Shown: positions 25,774 to 34,868, counted from the stretch's first letter. The stretch is 64,000 nucleotides of DNA from Nanobdellota archaeon (GCA_018815925.1 JAHIWS010000011.1:51753-115752); one strand, 5' to 3'. Translations and numbers: made by a program. The notes: generated by a model from the sequence alone, not told the origin.

Positions 25774-25959
25774 TTATTTCTTTTTTTCAAGTTTTTTTTG
25801 TTTTGCGAAATATCCTGCTATTTGATTTCTTATTTTTTTGTAAGGCATAGTGTTTCCTAATATTTTTTTGTTTTCTTCAAAGTTTTCATTAAATTCTATT
25901 CCTTTTTGCCCTAGCTCTTTTGCAGCCCTTCTAATCATCTTTGATTTTATTTTTCCCAT
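25774..25959 (-). CDS. rps17e: 30S ribosomal protein S17e (eS17)
   Basis: MGKIKSKMIRRAAKEL...FNENFEENKKIL......KKIRNQIAGYFAK matches the archaeal eS17 pattern and length. Confidence 0.8.
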   Translation of the reverse strand: MGKIKSKMIRRAAKELGQKGIEFNENFEENKKILGNTMPYKKIRNQIAGYFAKQKKLEKKK

Positions 25960-26133
25960 GATTATTGGTTAATTGTTTTATTTTTAAAGTTTGCTATTGG
26001 TGTAATAGGGATTCTTTTTATTATTAGAAATGTATTTGTTGGTATAATTAATAGGGAACTTTTTTAATTAGTGTTCATTTTTTTTATATATTAAAAAATA
26101 TGGCAAATTCTATTTTGGAGCAATCTATCTTTT

Positions 26134-27054
26134 TTATTCAATCTTTTCCAGACTATCTAGATCTTTTATTGCATCTATTAAATTTTGAGTTTTTTTTGCT
26201 GGTTCCCCTAAGCTCATAATTATATAAGGGAGAGAAATTTCTTGAGATTTTTTGTGAGATTTGAGGATGTCTGATTCAGATATTCTTTTTTTATTAAAAG
26301 CTGTTATCAAATATTCTTTTTTATTCTTTTTTATCTTTAGAAAAAGTTCGTTTTTGCTGAAACCTTCTATTCCAGCTATTTCAATATTTTTAGAATTTAG
26401 ATTTTCCTTTACTTTGTTAAAAAATTTGTCGTTTGTTTTTGAAGGTGCAACTTTTCTTTTGATTTGTTTCTTTGTTGGTTTTTCTTTTTGTAATTTTTCT
26501 TCTTTAATTTCTTCTTGTTCTTCTTTATCGAAAATATCTAAAGAATTTGGTTTTATTTGAATCGGACTTGTTATTGCTATTTTTTCAGGAATTTCAGGAA
26601 TTTCTTTTTTTGGTTGTTCAATTATTTGTTCTGGTTTAAATTCTATCTCAGGAATTTTAAAATATCTCCAGTAGACTTCAGATTCTTTTTCAAATGGAAC
26701 AGCAAAATCTTTAAGATATCTGAGAGCAACTCTTATTGCTGGTTCTTGGTCTTTATCCTTAAGAAATTTTTTTTCTTTAAGTAAAAGAAAAGCATCTTTT
26801 TCTTTACTTTTTAGATGTTGGGAAAAATTTTCTAGTTTGTGCTCTTGTTCTGGATTGAAATATAATGGTGATCCTCCTACTTTCATATGGCTTATTTTAA
26901 TATCTTTATCTGCTGCTAATTCTGATAAAAATGCACCTGCAAATAGAATACTTAGTCCTGTTTCTTTAGCAATATGGACAGGAAGACTTGGACCTCTAAA
27001 TTTTATTGTTGAAAGTATTTTTTCTTTTAGTTTAGCAGTATCTTGTTGGACCAT
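26134..27054 (-). CDS. Hypothetical protein with a probable N-terminal winged-helix domain and a K/E-rich middle region
   Basis: RGPSLPVHIAKETGLSILFAGAFLSELAADKDIKISHMKVGGSPLYF looks like a wH fold. No confident family assignment. Confidence 0.4.
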   Translation of the reverse strand: MVQQDTAKLKEKILSTIKFRGPSLPVHIAKETGLSILFAGAFLSELAADKDIKISHMKVGGSPLYFNPEQEHKLENFSQHLKSKEKDAFLLLKEKKFLKDKDQEPAIRVALRYLKDFAVPFEKESEVYWRYFKIPEIEFKPEQIIEQPKKEIPEIPEKIAITSPIQIKPNSLDIFDKEEQEEIKEEKLQKEKPTKKQIKRKVAPSKTNDKFFNKVKENLNSKNIEIAGIEGFSKNELFLKIKKNKKEYLITAFNKKRISESDILKSHKKSQEISLPYIIMSLGEPAKKTQNLIDAIKDLDSLEKIE

Positions 27055-27064
27055 ATGAAAACAA

Positions 27065-27136
27065 CCTCTCGGTTTTTTTTGATTTTCCCTTTTGTTGCAG
27101 AGGACGATTTTTTCAAATGCCTCTGATGAAAATCGT
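27065..27136 (-). promoter_or_regulatory. Structured 5' leader with interleaved complementary segments, including an anti-SD element
   Basis: On the - strand RNA: ACGAUUUU(27136-27129)-CAU-CAGAGG(27125-27120)-CAUUUGAA-AAAAUCGU(27111-27104)-CCUCUG(27103-27098)...27 nt...GAGAGG (SD, 27070-27065)-10 nt-AUG(27054). CCUCUG can pair either with CAGAGG or with the SD. Confidence 0.35.
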
Positions 27137-27184
27137 GAACTTTTTTAATTAATAGAATTAGAATTAGAGGTATTATAAATATTT

Positions 27185-27703
27185 TTATGGTTTAATCCAA
27201 CCTACTTCATAATAACTAACATCTTCTTCTTCATCAACAATTGCTAGGAGTAGTTTCTTTTTGGTTGAATGTGCAACTCTGTTTTTTGCACTGAATTCAT
27301 TCCATTTTATTGTTTTTGCTTCATGATCTACAAAAACAACCCATTTTGCATGAACTTTTCCTGGCCTTTGCCCCTTATTATATACTCTAAAATCTGCTCC
27401 GAATTTTAAAGCTGTTTTAACAATATATCCTCTTTCTCTTAAGTCTTTAAAAACAGGATATTTTATTTGTATTTTTTTGTCAATTCTTTTAATTTTATTT
27501 ATCAATTCTTGTTTTGATGTTTTTTTGTTTCTAGAAAATATTTCCATTTTGTTTTTTTCAACTAAAAATAAAGCTTCTGATAGTGTATAGTTTATTTTGT
27601 CTTCTTTAGGTTCTCCAAAACACGATTTTTTGTAAAGAGCATGAGCTTCGCTAGTATTGCTAGAGATAATTTCTCCCATAATCTGGGCTTGGATTTTTTC
27701 CAT
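27185..27703 (-). CDS. endA: tRNA-splicing endonuclease (EndA), short homotetramer-type subunit
   Basis: 172 aa. The C-terminal catalytic domain reads RERGYIVKTALKFGADFRVYNKGQRPGKVHAKWVVFV. This fits the two intron-containing tRNAs in the window. Confidence 0.8.
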   Translation of the reverse strand: MEKIQAQIMGEIISSNTSEAHALYKKSCFGEPKEDKINYTLSEALFLVEKNKMEIFSRNKKTSKQELINKIKRIDKKIQIKYPVFKDLRERGYIVKTALKFGADFRVYNKGQRPGKVHAKWVVFVDHEAKTIKWNEFSAKNRVAHSTKKKLLLAIVDEEEDVSYYEVGWIKP

Positions 27704-27755
27704 GATTTAGATAAGAGAAGGCAATATTTAAAAGTTTGGAAGTAATAAAAATAAG

Positions 27756-28097
27756 ATGAGATGGATTTTAAGATCAAAAATACATAGAGCCAGGGTCACA
27801 GATTCAAATTTAGGTTATATAGGCAGTATTACAATTGATGAAGATTTAATAAAAAGGGCTGGATTTTTGCCAGGAGAAAAGGTTTTAGTTGTAAGCAATA
27901 CATCTGGGGCTAGATTAGAAACTTATATTATTACTGGGGAGAAAAAATCTGGATTAATTTGTATGAATGGTGCAGCTTCTTATCTTATTAAAAAGGGAGA
28001 AGAAATAATTATAATGGGCTTTGAATTAAGTGATAAACCAATTAAAGCCAAAAATATTTTGGTGAACTCAAAAAATAAGTTTGTCAGATTTTTGTAG
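27756..28097 (+). CDS. panD: Aspartate 1-decarboxylase, pyruvoyl-dependent bacterial type (PanD)
   Basis: MRWILRSKIHRARVTDSNLGYIGSITIDEDL aligns with E. coli [32 protein letters not shown], including the Gly-Ser self-cleavage site. ETYII.G...G.I.MNGAA is also present. Confidence 0.85.
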   Translation: MRWILRSKIHRARVTDSNLGYIGSITIDEDLIKRAGFLPGEKVLVVSNTSGARLETYIITGEKKSGLICMNGAASYLIKKGEEIIIMGFELSDKPIKAKNILVNSKNKFVRFL

Positions 28098-28143
28098 TTT
28101 TTGTTTTAGCAAATAATATAAATATAGTTTTTATCTTAATTAT

Positions 28144-30588
28144 ATGAAATACCCTCATAAAGTTATAGAAAAAAAATGGCAAAAGAAATGGGAAGATGAG
28201 AAAGCTTTTGTAACTAAAGAAGTAAAAGGTAAAAAGAAATTTTATTGTTTAGATATGTTTCCATATCCTTCTGGAGAAGGTCTTCATATGGGGCATGCTT
28301 TTACTTTTTCACTAGGTGATATTTTTGCTAGATTTAAAAGACTTCAAGGTTTTAATGTTCTTTATCCTATTGGATATGATTCTTTAGGTCTTCCTGCAGA
28401 AAATGCAGCAATAAAAGTAGGAACTCATCCTTTAAAATATACTGAAAATTCTATTGCTAATTTTATAAAACAACAAAAAGCAATGGGGTGGAGTTATGAT
28501 TGGGCTAGAATGCTCAAAACTTCTGATTCTGAGTTTTATAAGTGGGATCAGTGGATATTTTTACAGATGCTAAAAAAAGGATTGGCTTATAGAAAAAAAG
28601 CTCCTGTTAATTGGTGTAAAAAATGTAAAACTGTTTTAGCTAATGAGCAAGTTGTTAATGGAAAATGTTGGAGACATGAAAATACCAGGATTGAAATAAA
28701 ACATCTTGAGCAATGGTATTTTAGGATAACAGATTATGCAGATGAATTGCTTTCTGGATTAGATAAATTAGACTGGCCTGAAAGATCAAAAAAATTACAG
28801 AGAAATTGGATAGGAAAATCATATGGAACAGAGATTTTGTTTGAGGTAAATAATGAAAAATGGCCAATATTTACAACTAGGCCAGATACTATCTATGGTG
28901 TAACCTTTATGGTTGTTTCTGCACAACATTCTAAGCTTTTTAACCTTGTGACTGAGAAACAAAAATCTATGGTTGAAAAGTTTTTGGAAAAAATAAAATC
29001 TGTTAGTGAAAAAGAAATACAGGGTTTAGAAAAAGAAGGTGTTTTTACAGGAGCGTATGCCATTAATCCATTAACAAAAGAACAAATTCCTATTTATGTT
29101 GGAAATTTTGTTTTAGCTGATTATGGTAGCGGGATGGTCATGGCTGTTCCTGCACATGATCAAAGAGATTATGATTTTGCTAAAAAGTATAAATTAAAAA
29201 TTAAAGAAGTAGTTTTTGGAGGAAACATTAGTCGGAGTGCATATATTGGTGAAGGTAGGCTAATTAATTCTGGTAAATTTGATGGGTTGCAGAATCAGAA
29301 GGCAAAAGAAAAAATTACAGAGTATTTGAAAAAACAAAAACTTGGAAGAAAAGTTGTTCAGTTTAAATTAAGGGATTGGTTAATAAGTAGGCAAAGGTAT
29401 TGGGGAACTCCAATTCCTATTGTTTATTGTGCTAAATGTGGAATAGTTGCTTTGACTGAAAAAGATTTACCTATTAAACTTCCTGAAAAAGTTAAGTTTG
29501 GAAAAGGAAATCCTTTAGAAACAGCAAAAATGTGGGTTAATGTTAAGTGTCCTAAATGTAGGTGTAAGGCTAGGAGGGAAACAGATACAATGGATACTTT
29601 TGTAAATTCTTCTTGGTATTATTTGAGATATACAGACCCTAAAAATGAGAAAGTTCTTTTTGATCCTAGGAAAGTGGGTTATTGGTGTCCTGTTGACCAG
29701 TATATTGGTGGGCCAGAGCATGTTACAGGGCATTTAATTTATTTTAGATTTTATACAAAATTTTTAAGAGATCTTGGAATTTTGAAATTTGATGAACCTG
29801 CTTTAAGATATTTTACCCAAGGAATTGTTCATGGTAAAGATGGAGATAAGATGAGTAAATCAAAGGGAAATGTTGTTGAGCCTTTTGATATGATAAAAAA
29901 ATATGGGGCAGATACTTTAAGACTTGCATTGGTTTCTTTTGCAAATCCTGATAAAGATACTAATTGGGATGAAAAAATAGTTGAAAGTAGTTATAATTTT
30001 TTGAATAATGTTTATGAATACTTTACAAAATTAAAACTAGGAAAAACAGATGCGAAAATTGAGTCAAAATTACACCAAACAATACAACAAGTAACACAAG
30101 ATGTTGAACAATTTAAACATAATTTAGCTATAATTAAAATAAGACAATTGTTTCAAAATTTTTATGATAAAAGAATCGATAAAGAAACTGCGCAAGAGTT
30201 TTTGAAAATGCTTTCTATTTATTGCCCATTTATTACAGAAGAGCTTTGGAGTAATTTTGGAAATACTGGTTTTATTTCTTTAAGTGATTGGCCTAAAGCT
30301 AATGTAAAAAAAATAAATATAAGATTTGAAAAAGAAGATTTAGCTAAAGATAAAATTGTTAATGATATCCTGAATATAATTAAAATTGTTGAGGCTAGGA
30401 AAGAAAAAAAATCCAAGGTTTATATTTATGTAATTCCAAATGAAAAAAATCTTTATGATGAATCAGAAATTAGTATTAGGATTCAAAAACCTGTAAAAGT
30501 ATTTGCTGTTAGTGATAAGAATAAGTACGACCCAACAAATAAATCTAAGAATACAAAACCCAATCGCCCTTCTATTTATTTAGAGTAA
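28144..30588 (+). CDS. leuS: Leucyl-tRNA synthetase, bacterial-type architecture
   Basis: FYCLDMFPYPSGEGLHMGHAF...NVLYPIGYDSLGLPAENAA...VNWCKKCKTVLANEQV...WPERSKKLQRNWIGKS is near-colinear with E. coli LeuS. KMSKS motif: KMSKSKGNVV. 814 aa. Confidence 0.9.
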   Translation: MKYPHKVIEKKWQKKWEDEKAFVTKEVKGKKKFYCLDMFPYPSGEGLHMGHAFTFSLGDIFARFKRLQGFNVLYPIGYDSLGLPAENAAIKVGTHPLKYTENSIANFIKQQKAMGWSYDWARMLKTSDSEFYKWDQWIFLQMLKKGLAYRKKAPVNWCKKCKTVLANEQVVNGKCWRHENTRIEIKHLEQWYFRITDYADELLSGLDKLDWPERSKKLQRNWIGKSYGTEILFEVNNEKWPIFTTRPDTIYGVTFMVVSAQHSKLFNLVTEKQKSMVEKFLEKIKSVSEKEIQGLEKEGVFTGAYAINPLTKEQIPIYVGNFVLADYGSGMVMAVPAHDQRDYDFAKKYKLKIKEVVFGGNISRSAYIGEGRLINSGKFDGLQNQKAKEKITEYLKKQKLGRKVVQFKLRDWLISRQRYWGTPIPIVYCAKCGIVALTEKDLPIKLPEKVKFGKGNPLETAKMWVNVKCPKCRCKARRETDTMDTFVNSSWYYLRYTDPKNEKVLFDPRKVGYWCPVDQYIGGPEHVTGHLIYFRFYTKFLRDLGILKFDEPALRYFTQGIVHGKDGDKMSKSKGNVVEPFDMIKKYGADTLRLALVSFANPDKDTNWDEKIVESSYNFLNNVYEYFTKLKLGKTDAKIESKLHQTIQQVTQDVEQFKHNLAIIKIRQLFQNFYDKRIDKETAQEFLKMLSIYCPFITEELWSNFGNTGFISLSDWPKANVKKINIRFEKEDLAKDKIVNDILNIIKIVEARKEKKSKVYIYVIPNEKNLYDESEISIRIQKPVKVFAVSDKNKYDPTNKSKNTKPNRPSIYLE

Positions 30589-30628
30589 ACACCATAATTA
30601 ATTTAAATAAGAAAATAGTTATATAAAT

Positions 30629-31081
30629 ATGAGTGATGGAGGAAAATGGATGTATGAAGAGGCAATATTATTTAAGAATAGTTTTCTTTGTTCTAATGTT
30701 AAAAGAATTTTTCTCATGAGAGATTTTTCTCATGAGAAAAATAAAGGTAGGTTAAGAAATTCAAGAAAAGTTTTAGATAATTTAATTGTTCTTGGACAAT
30801 CTTTAAAAAAAGGAAAATTTGATCTTAAGGATTTTATGAGGGAGGATAGTTTTTTGTATTTTTCTTTGTTAACAAAAATATTAAAGTCTAATCCAGAAAC
30901 ATATATTCAAGATTTGATTAGGGGAAGGGAAGTTATAACCCAGTTGTTAAATAATTCAAAATATATTGGTGAAGATGCATTAAATAAAACAGCAAATCTT
31001 TTTTTAGAATTACTTTTTTTAACTAATCAAGAATTAGATACTAGAAAGTTAGGAAGAATGTATCCATATGATTACCAATGA
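30629..31081 (+). CDS. Hypothetical protein (150 aa)
   Basis: Open frame only; no recognisable motif. Confidence 0.4.
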   Translation: MSDGGKWMYEEAILFKNSFLCSNVKRIFLMRDFSHEKNKGRLRNSRKVLDNLIVLGQSLKKGKFDLKDFMREDSFLYFSLLTKILKSNPETYIQDLIRGREVITQLLNNSKYIGEDALNKTANLFLELLFLTNQELDTRKLGRMYPYDYQ

Positions 31082-31202
31082 TTGTTTTAGAATAAAAAGT
31101 CTTAAAAACCTTGATTATTTACTACTTTTATTCAATAAAAGTAAATCAAAGATTTTCATTCATTCGTCTTTGATGAGCCAAATGAAAGGAGGTTGATAAG
31201 AA

Positions 31203-31583
31203 ATGACACCATTAGAAATTATTGCCTTTGTTTTGATAATTGTAGGTATAGTCAAGATTTTAGTGTTAGCTTTTAATCCTAAATCTTGGATGAATTTTGC
31301 TAAAGGAATTTGGAAAACTTCTGCTTTGGGAATAATTTATTTTGTTTTAGCAGCTCTTGTGTTTTATTACCTAATACAAGAACTAACAATTATCCAAATA
31401 TTGGCAGTCACAGCATTTGTAGCTCTTTTAATAGGTTTACAATTTGCTAGATATTCTAAAGAAACCATGACTTTTGTTCAAAAAATGATTAGGAATAAGA
31501 AAGATGTTTGGAGCAAGAATTGGCTATATATTTTGATATGGCTTATTTTAATGTTATGGGGGCTTAAAGAACTCTTTATGTAA
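31203..31583 (+). CDS. Hypothetical 4-TM membrane protein (126 aa)
   Basis: SD AAAGGAGGT upstream; four hydrophobic spans. Confidence 0.55.
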   Translation: MTPLEIIAFVLIIVGIVKILVLAFNPKSWMNFAKGIWKTSALGIIYFVLAALVFYYLIQELTIIQILAVTAFVALLIGLQFARYSKETMTFVQKMIRNKKDVWSKNWLYILIWLILMLWGLKELFM

Positions 31584-31617
31584 TTTTTTATTTTTATTTT
31601 TTATATTTTTTTAGTTT

Positions 31618-31995
31618 TTACTCTAAATATTTTTCTATATTTTTTTTCAGAGAAATTGTTTCTTTTTCAGATCCTAGTTGTTTTTTAATATAGGTAATTA
31701 TAACATTTGTTATGTCATAATTTAAATTGGGTAATTTAGAATCTTTTCTATCTCTTTCTAGTTGTTTTTTAATGGCTTCTGCAACTTCTTGTTCTGTTTC
31801 ATAAGGTCTTTCTTTTCTAATTCTTCTTGTCCACTCTAATTTTCCAGGAAGGTATATAATTGTTTTTGAATTATTATCTCCATAATGTATAGAAATGCTA
31901 TATTTTGTTTTATCTTCTTCTATTGTTTTTCGAATCGAAACTTTTGGGTTTTCTTTTGTTTTTTCTATTATTTTTCCCATAATACTCTGTTCCAT
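31618..31995 (-). CDS. Hypothetical protein (125 aa)
   Basis: Open frame only. Confidence 0.4.
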   Translation of the reverse strand: MEQSIMGKIIEKTKENPKVSIRKTIEEDKTKYSISIHYGDNNSKTIIYLPGKLEWTRRIRKERPYETEQEVAEAIKKQLERDRKDSKLPNLNYDITNVIITYIKKQLGSEKETISLKKNIEKYLE

Positions 31996-32036
31996 TTTTT
32001 ATAATAGGAAGATCTATTTTTAAGTTTTATTGTGCC

Positions 32037-33734
32037 TTAGGTTAACACAGCTTTTATCCTTCTTACTCCTTCAGATGAAGATTGTTCTTTTAGAATTTTA
32101 AATTTTCCTAGTTCACACGTATTTTTTACATGGGGCCCTGCACATATTTCTTTTGAGAAATCTTCAATACAATAAACATAAACTTTATCTTTGTATTTTT
32201 TATCAAATATCCCCAATGCTCCTTGTTTTTTAGCTTCTTGGGGTGACATTTCTTTTTTTATTATGTTACATGATTTTTTAATTTGATTGTTGACTAAATC
32301 TTCAATTTTTTTTAGTTCTTCTTGAGTTATTTTTCTTGGAAAAGAAAAATCAAGCCTTAATCTTTCTGCAGTTATATTCGATCCTCTTTGAATTATATTT
32401 TTGTTTTTTAGAACTTTTCTTAGGGCAGTTATTAAAAGATGTGTGGCTGTATGTAATCTTGTTGTTTTTTCAGAATCATCAGCTAATCCTGATTTAAAAC
32501 GTCCTTCTGTTGCAGTTCTAGAAATAATTTGGTGTCTAGAAACTTCTTTTTCAAATTCTTTTTTTGAGAATTTTATTTTATTTTTTTTACACTCTTCCTC
32601 AATCATCTCTATTGGAAATCCAAAGCTTTGATATAGCAAAAAAGAATCTTTTCCAGAAAGATTTTTTTTATTTTTAGTTAATTTTGAAAATCTATTTAAC
32701 CCTTTTTCTAGTGTTCTAAGAAATTTTTCTTCTTCTTTTTCAAGTTCTTGTAATATTTTGTTCTTGTTTTTTAATTCTGTATAATCCGAATATATTGAAA
32801 ATACTGGTTCTGCTATTTGTTTTGTGAAATTTTTTATTTTAAGTTTATTTCCATATCTTGTAGCCCTTCTAATTAATCTTCTTAAAACATATCCTTGTTC
32901 TGTATTAGAAGGAAGAATATTTTCTGCAAGAATAAATACAGAGGCTTTAATATGGTCTGCAATTATTCTCATAAATTTTGTGATTTCTTTATCTTTTCCA
33001 TAGGTTTTTTTGGATAATTTTTCTATTTGATTTATTAAAGGTTTCCAGATTTCTGTTAAATAATTGTCTTCAAAGTCATTTAATATTGCTAGAGTTCTTT
33101 CTACTCCCATTCCTGTATCTATATTTTTTTGTTTTGCTGGTATATAATTTCCTTTTGAATCTTTGTTATATTCCATAAAAACATCATTCCATATTTCAAC
33201 ATTATTTACAAACATTTCTGTGTCAGGTCCGCAAGGTCCTGTTTTTCCTGTAGGACCCCACCAGTTGTCTTTTTTTCCTAGAAATTTTATTTTTTTTATT
33301 CCCAAGGAATCCCATATATTTGCAGATTCTGTATCTTTTTTTGCATCTTTGTTTCCTTTAAAACAAGTAATTGAAATCTTGTTTTTTGAAATTTTAAGGA
33401 CTTTTGTTAAAAATTCAATACTGTATTCAATAGCTTGTTTTTTCCAGTAATCATTAAGGCTCCAGTTCCCAACCATTTCAAAAAAAGTATGATGATATTC
33501 ATCACCAACCTCTTCTATGTCTGTTGTCCTTATACATTTTTGAATATTAACAAGTCTTTTTCCTTGGGGGTGTGGTTGTCCTAAAAGATAAGGCACTAAA
33601 GGATGCATTCCTGCAGAAATAAATAATGCTGTTGGATCATTTTCAGGAATTAGAGATGAATTTGGAATCTCTTTATGTTTCTTTGATTTGAAAAATTTAA
33701 GATATTTTTCAATGAGTTCATTACGAGTTACCAT
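32037..33734 (-). CDS. alaS: Alanyl-tRNA synthetase, compact bacterial-type (565 aa; lacks the C-Ala domain and has a shortened editing region)
   Basis: SSLIPENDPTALFISAGMHPLVPYL, QKCIRTTDIEEVGD..HHTFFEMVGNWS, DTGMGVERT, YVLRRLIRRA. Editing-site metal ligands: HTATHLL and CAGPHV. Confidence 0.85.
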   Translation of the reverse strand: MVTRNELIEKYLKFFKSKKHKEIPNSSLIPENDPTALFISAGMHPLVPYLLGQPHPQGKRLVNIQKCIRTTDIEEVGDEYHHTFFEMVGNWSLNDYWKKQAIEYSIEFLTKVLKISKNKISITCFKGNKDAKKDTESANIWDSLGIKKIKFLGKKDNWWGPTGKTGPCGPDTEMFVNNVEIWNDVFMEYNKDSKGNYIPAKQKNIDTGMGVERTLAILNDFEDNYLTEIWKPLINQIEKLSKKTYGKDKEITKFMRIIADHIKASVFILAENILPSNTEQGYVLRRLIRRATRYGNKLKIKNFTKQIAEPVFSIYSDYTELKNKNKILQELEKEEEKFLRTLEKGLNRFSKLTKNKKNLSGKDSFLLYQSFGFPIEMIEEECKKNKIKFSKKEFEKEVSRHQIISRTATEGRFKSGLADDSEKTTRLHTATHLLITALRKVLKNKNIIQRGSNITAERLRLDFSFPRKITQEELKKIEDLVNNQIKKSCNIIKKEMSPQEAKKQGALGIFDKKYKDKVYVYCIEDFSKEICAGPHVKNTCELGKFKILKEQSSSEGVRRIKAVLT

Positions 33735-33785
33735 AATTTAATTTAAGAACAGAGATTTTAAAAATTGTTGGGTTTTGAGATTTAT

Positions 33786-34145
33786 TTATCTGCTTAATTC
33801 ACTAAGTTGGCTTTGGATATCTTGAAGTTGCCTTTCAAGATCTTCATCATATTCACTTTCTTTGATATCTACTTTTGTTTTAGTTTCTTGTTCATGTTCT
33901 TTTAATTTCCCACTTATCTTTAATTTTGGAAGATTTGCTTCTAGTTTTACCACTCCTGTTTTTATCTCACTTAATTTTCTATGTAATTTTGCTCTTAGAT
34001 TTAATTCTTCTAACCTATAGGCTTTATATTGTTTTATTGTTCTTGCTATTTTTAATAAACCCAATTCTATAAAGAGCATCCCTTTTTTGGAATCCATTCC
34101 TTCATCATATTCGAATTTTACATGAATAAGGTTTTTACTTTTCAT
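33786..34145 (-). CDS. Hypothetical coiled-coil protein (119 aa)
   Basis: Open frame 4 nt downstream of the preceding gene; heptad-rich sequence. Confidence 0.45.
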   Translation of the reverse strand: MKSKNLIHVKFEYDEGMDSKKGMLFIELGLLKIARTIKQYKAYRLEELNLRAKLHRKLSEIKTGVVKLEANLPKLKISGKLKEHEQETKTKVDIKESEYDEDLERQLQDIQSQLSELSR

Positions 34146-34149
34146 TTTC

Positions 34150-34749
34150 TTACTCTATTTTAGAAAAAATTTCTTGATCTACTTTTTCAATTTGATTTTT
34201 TATTGATTGCATCTCTTTTTCCCAATGTTCTAGTTCTTCCTCTTCTTTTATTTTTAATCCTTTTATATCTCTAAGCATCCTTTCTATTTCTGTAATTTTT
34301 CCTTTTGTTTTTTCAAAAATTTTTAGGGCTTCTTCAAACTTATCTAATCTTATAAAGAAAGGTTCAGGTCTTTGTGATCTTCTTATTTGTTGTAATTCTC
34401 TTCTTTCTGGAATTTCTTCTCTGAAAGGTTTTTGGAGAGGTTTTTGCATCATTTGTTCTTCGTTTTCATAATCTTCTTCATCAAGTGAATCAAACTCATC
34501 TGCATCAAAAACCTCTTCGTCCTCTTTTTTCCCAGTTACAGCTTCTTTAATAGTATTTTGTGAAAATTTATTCCCAATAGAACTAGGTGGGATGTTTGGT
34601 AATTTAAATTGTGATTTAGTTAAATCTCTTTTAGGTCCATTATCAAAATCAGGTAATTCTGGAAGTTCAGGTAATTCTGGAAGTTCAGGTAATTCTAAAG
34701 AGTTCATCCTTTTTTCTTCCTCTTTTTTCTTTTTATTAAATAACCCCAT
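34150..34749 (-). CDS. Hypothetical acidic coiled-coil protein with an (ELP)4 repeat
   Basis: The track start at 34782 is a GTG; the first ATG is at 34749 (MGLFNKKKKEEEKRMNSLELPELPELPELPELPDF...). The C-terminal part is coiled coil. Confidence 0.5.
   Translation of the reverse strand: MGLFNKKKKEEEKRMNSLELPELPELPELPELPDFDNGPKRDLTKSQFKLPNIPPSSIGNKFSQNTIKEAVTGKKEDEEVFDADEFDSLDEEDYENEEQMMQKPLQKPFREEIPERRELQQIRRSQRPEPFFIRLDKFEEALKIFEKTKGKITEIERMLRDIKGLKIKEEEELEHWEKEMQSIKNQIEKVDQEIFSKIE
34651..34696. repeat. 18-nt tandem repeat (aggtaattctggaagttc), about 2.5 copies, encoding the ELPELPELPELP tract
   Basis: Read directly from the sequence at 34651-34696. Confidence 0.85.
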
Positions 34750-34868
34750 TTTATTATAACTCTTTGGATATATATAAAACACAATATAGGTTTAAAAATG
34801 TTTATTTTTTTGAATTAAGAATAATTTCTAACCGAAAGGTATTTATTTGCATTCTTTTTAATATTTGG

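Noticed and set aside
27098-27136. Classical H-type pseudoknot
   Set aside because: The pairings are interleaved, but there are zero nucleotides between the 3' strand of helix 1 and the 3' strand of helix 2, and only 3 nt in the first loop. A stacked pseudoknot looks sterically implausible. I report them as alternative helices instead.
28144-33734. The contig being bacterial (for example CPR) because LeuRS, AlaRS and PanD are bacterial-type
   Set aside because: The same contig encodes aIF-1A, aIF-2beta, TFE, eS17, EndA, GatD/E, deoxyhypusine synthase and archaeal-type Gly/Pro/AspRS. It also has tRNAs with 37/38 introns and TATA-box promoters. The bacterial-type genes are better explained as acquisitions.
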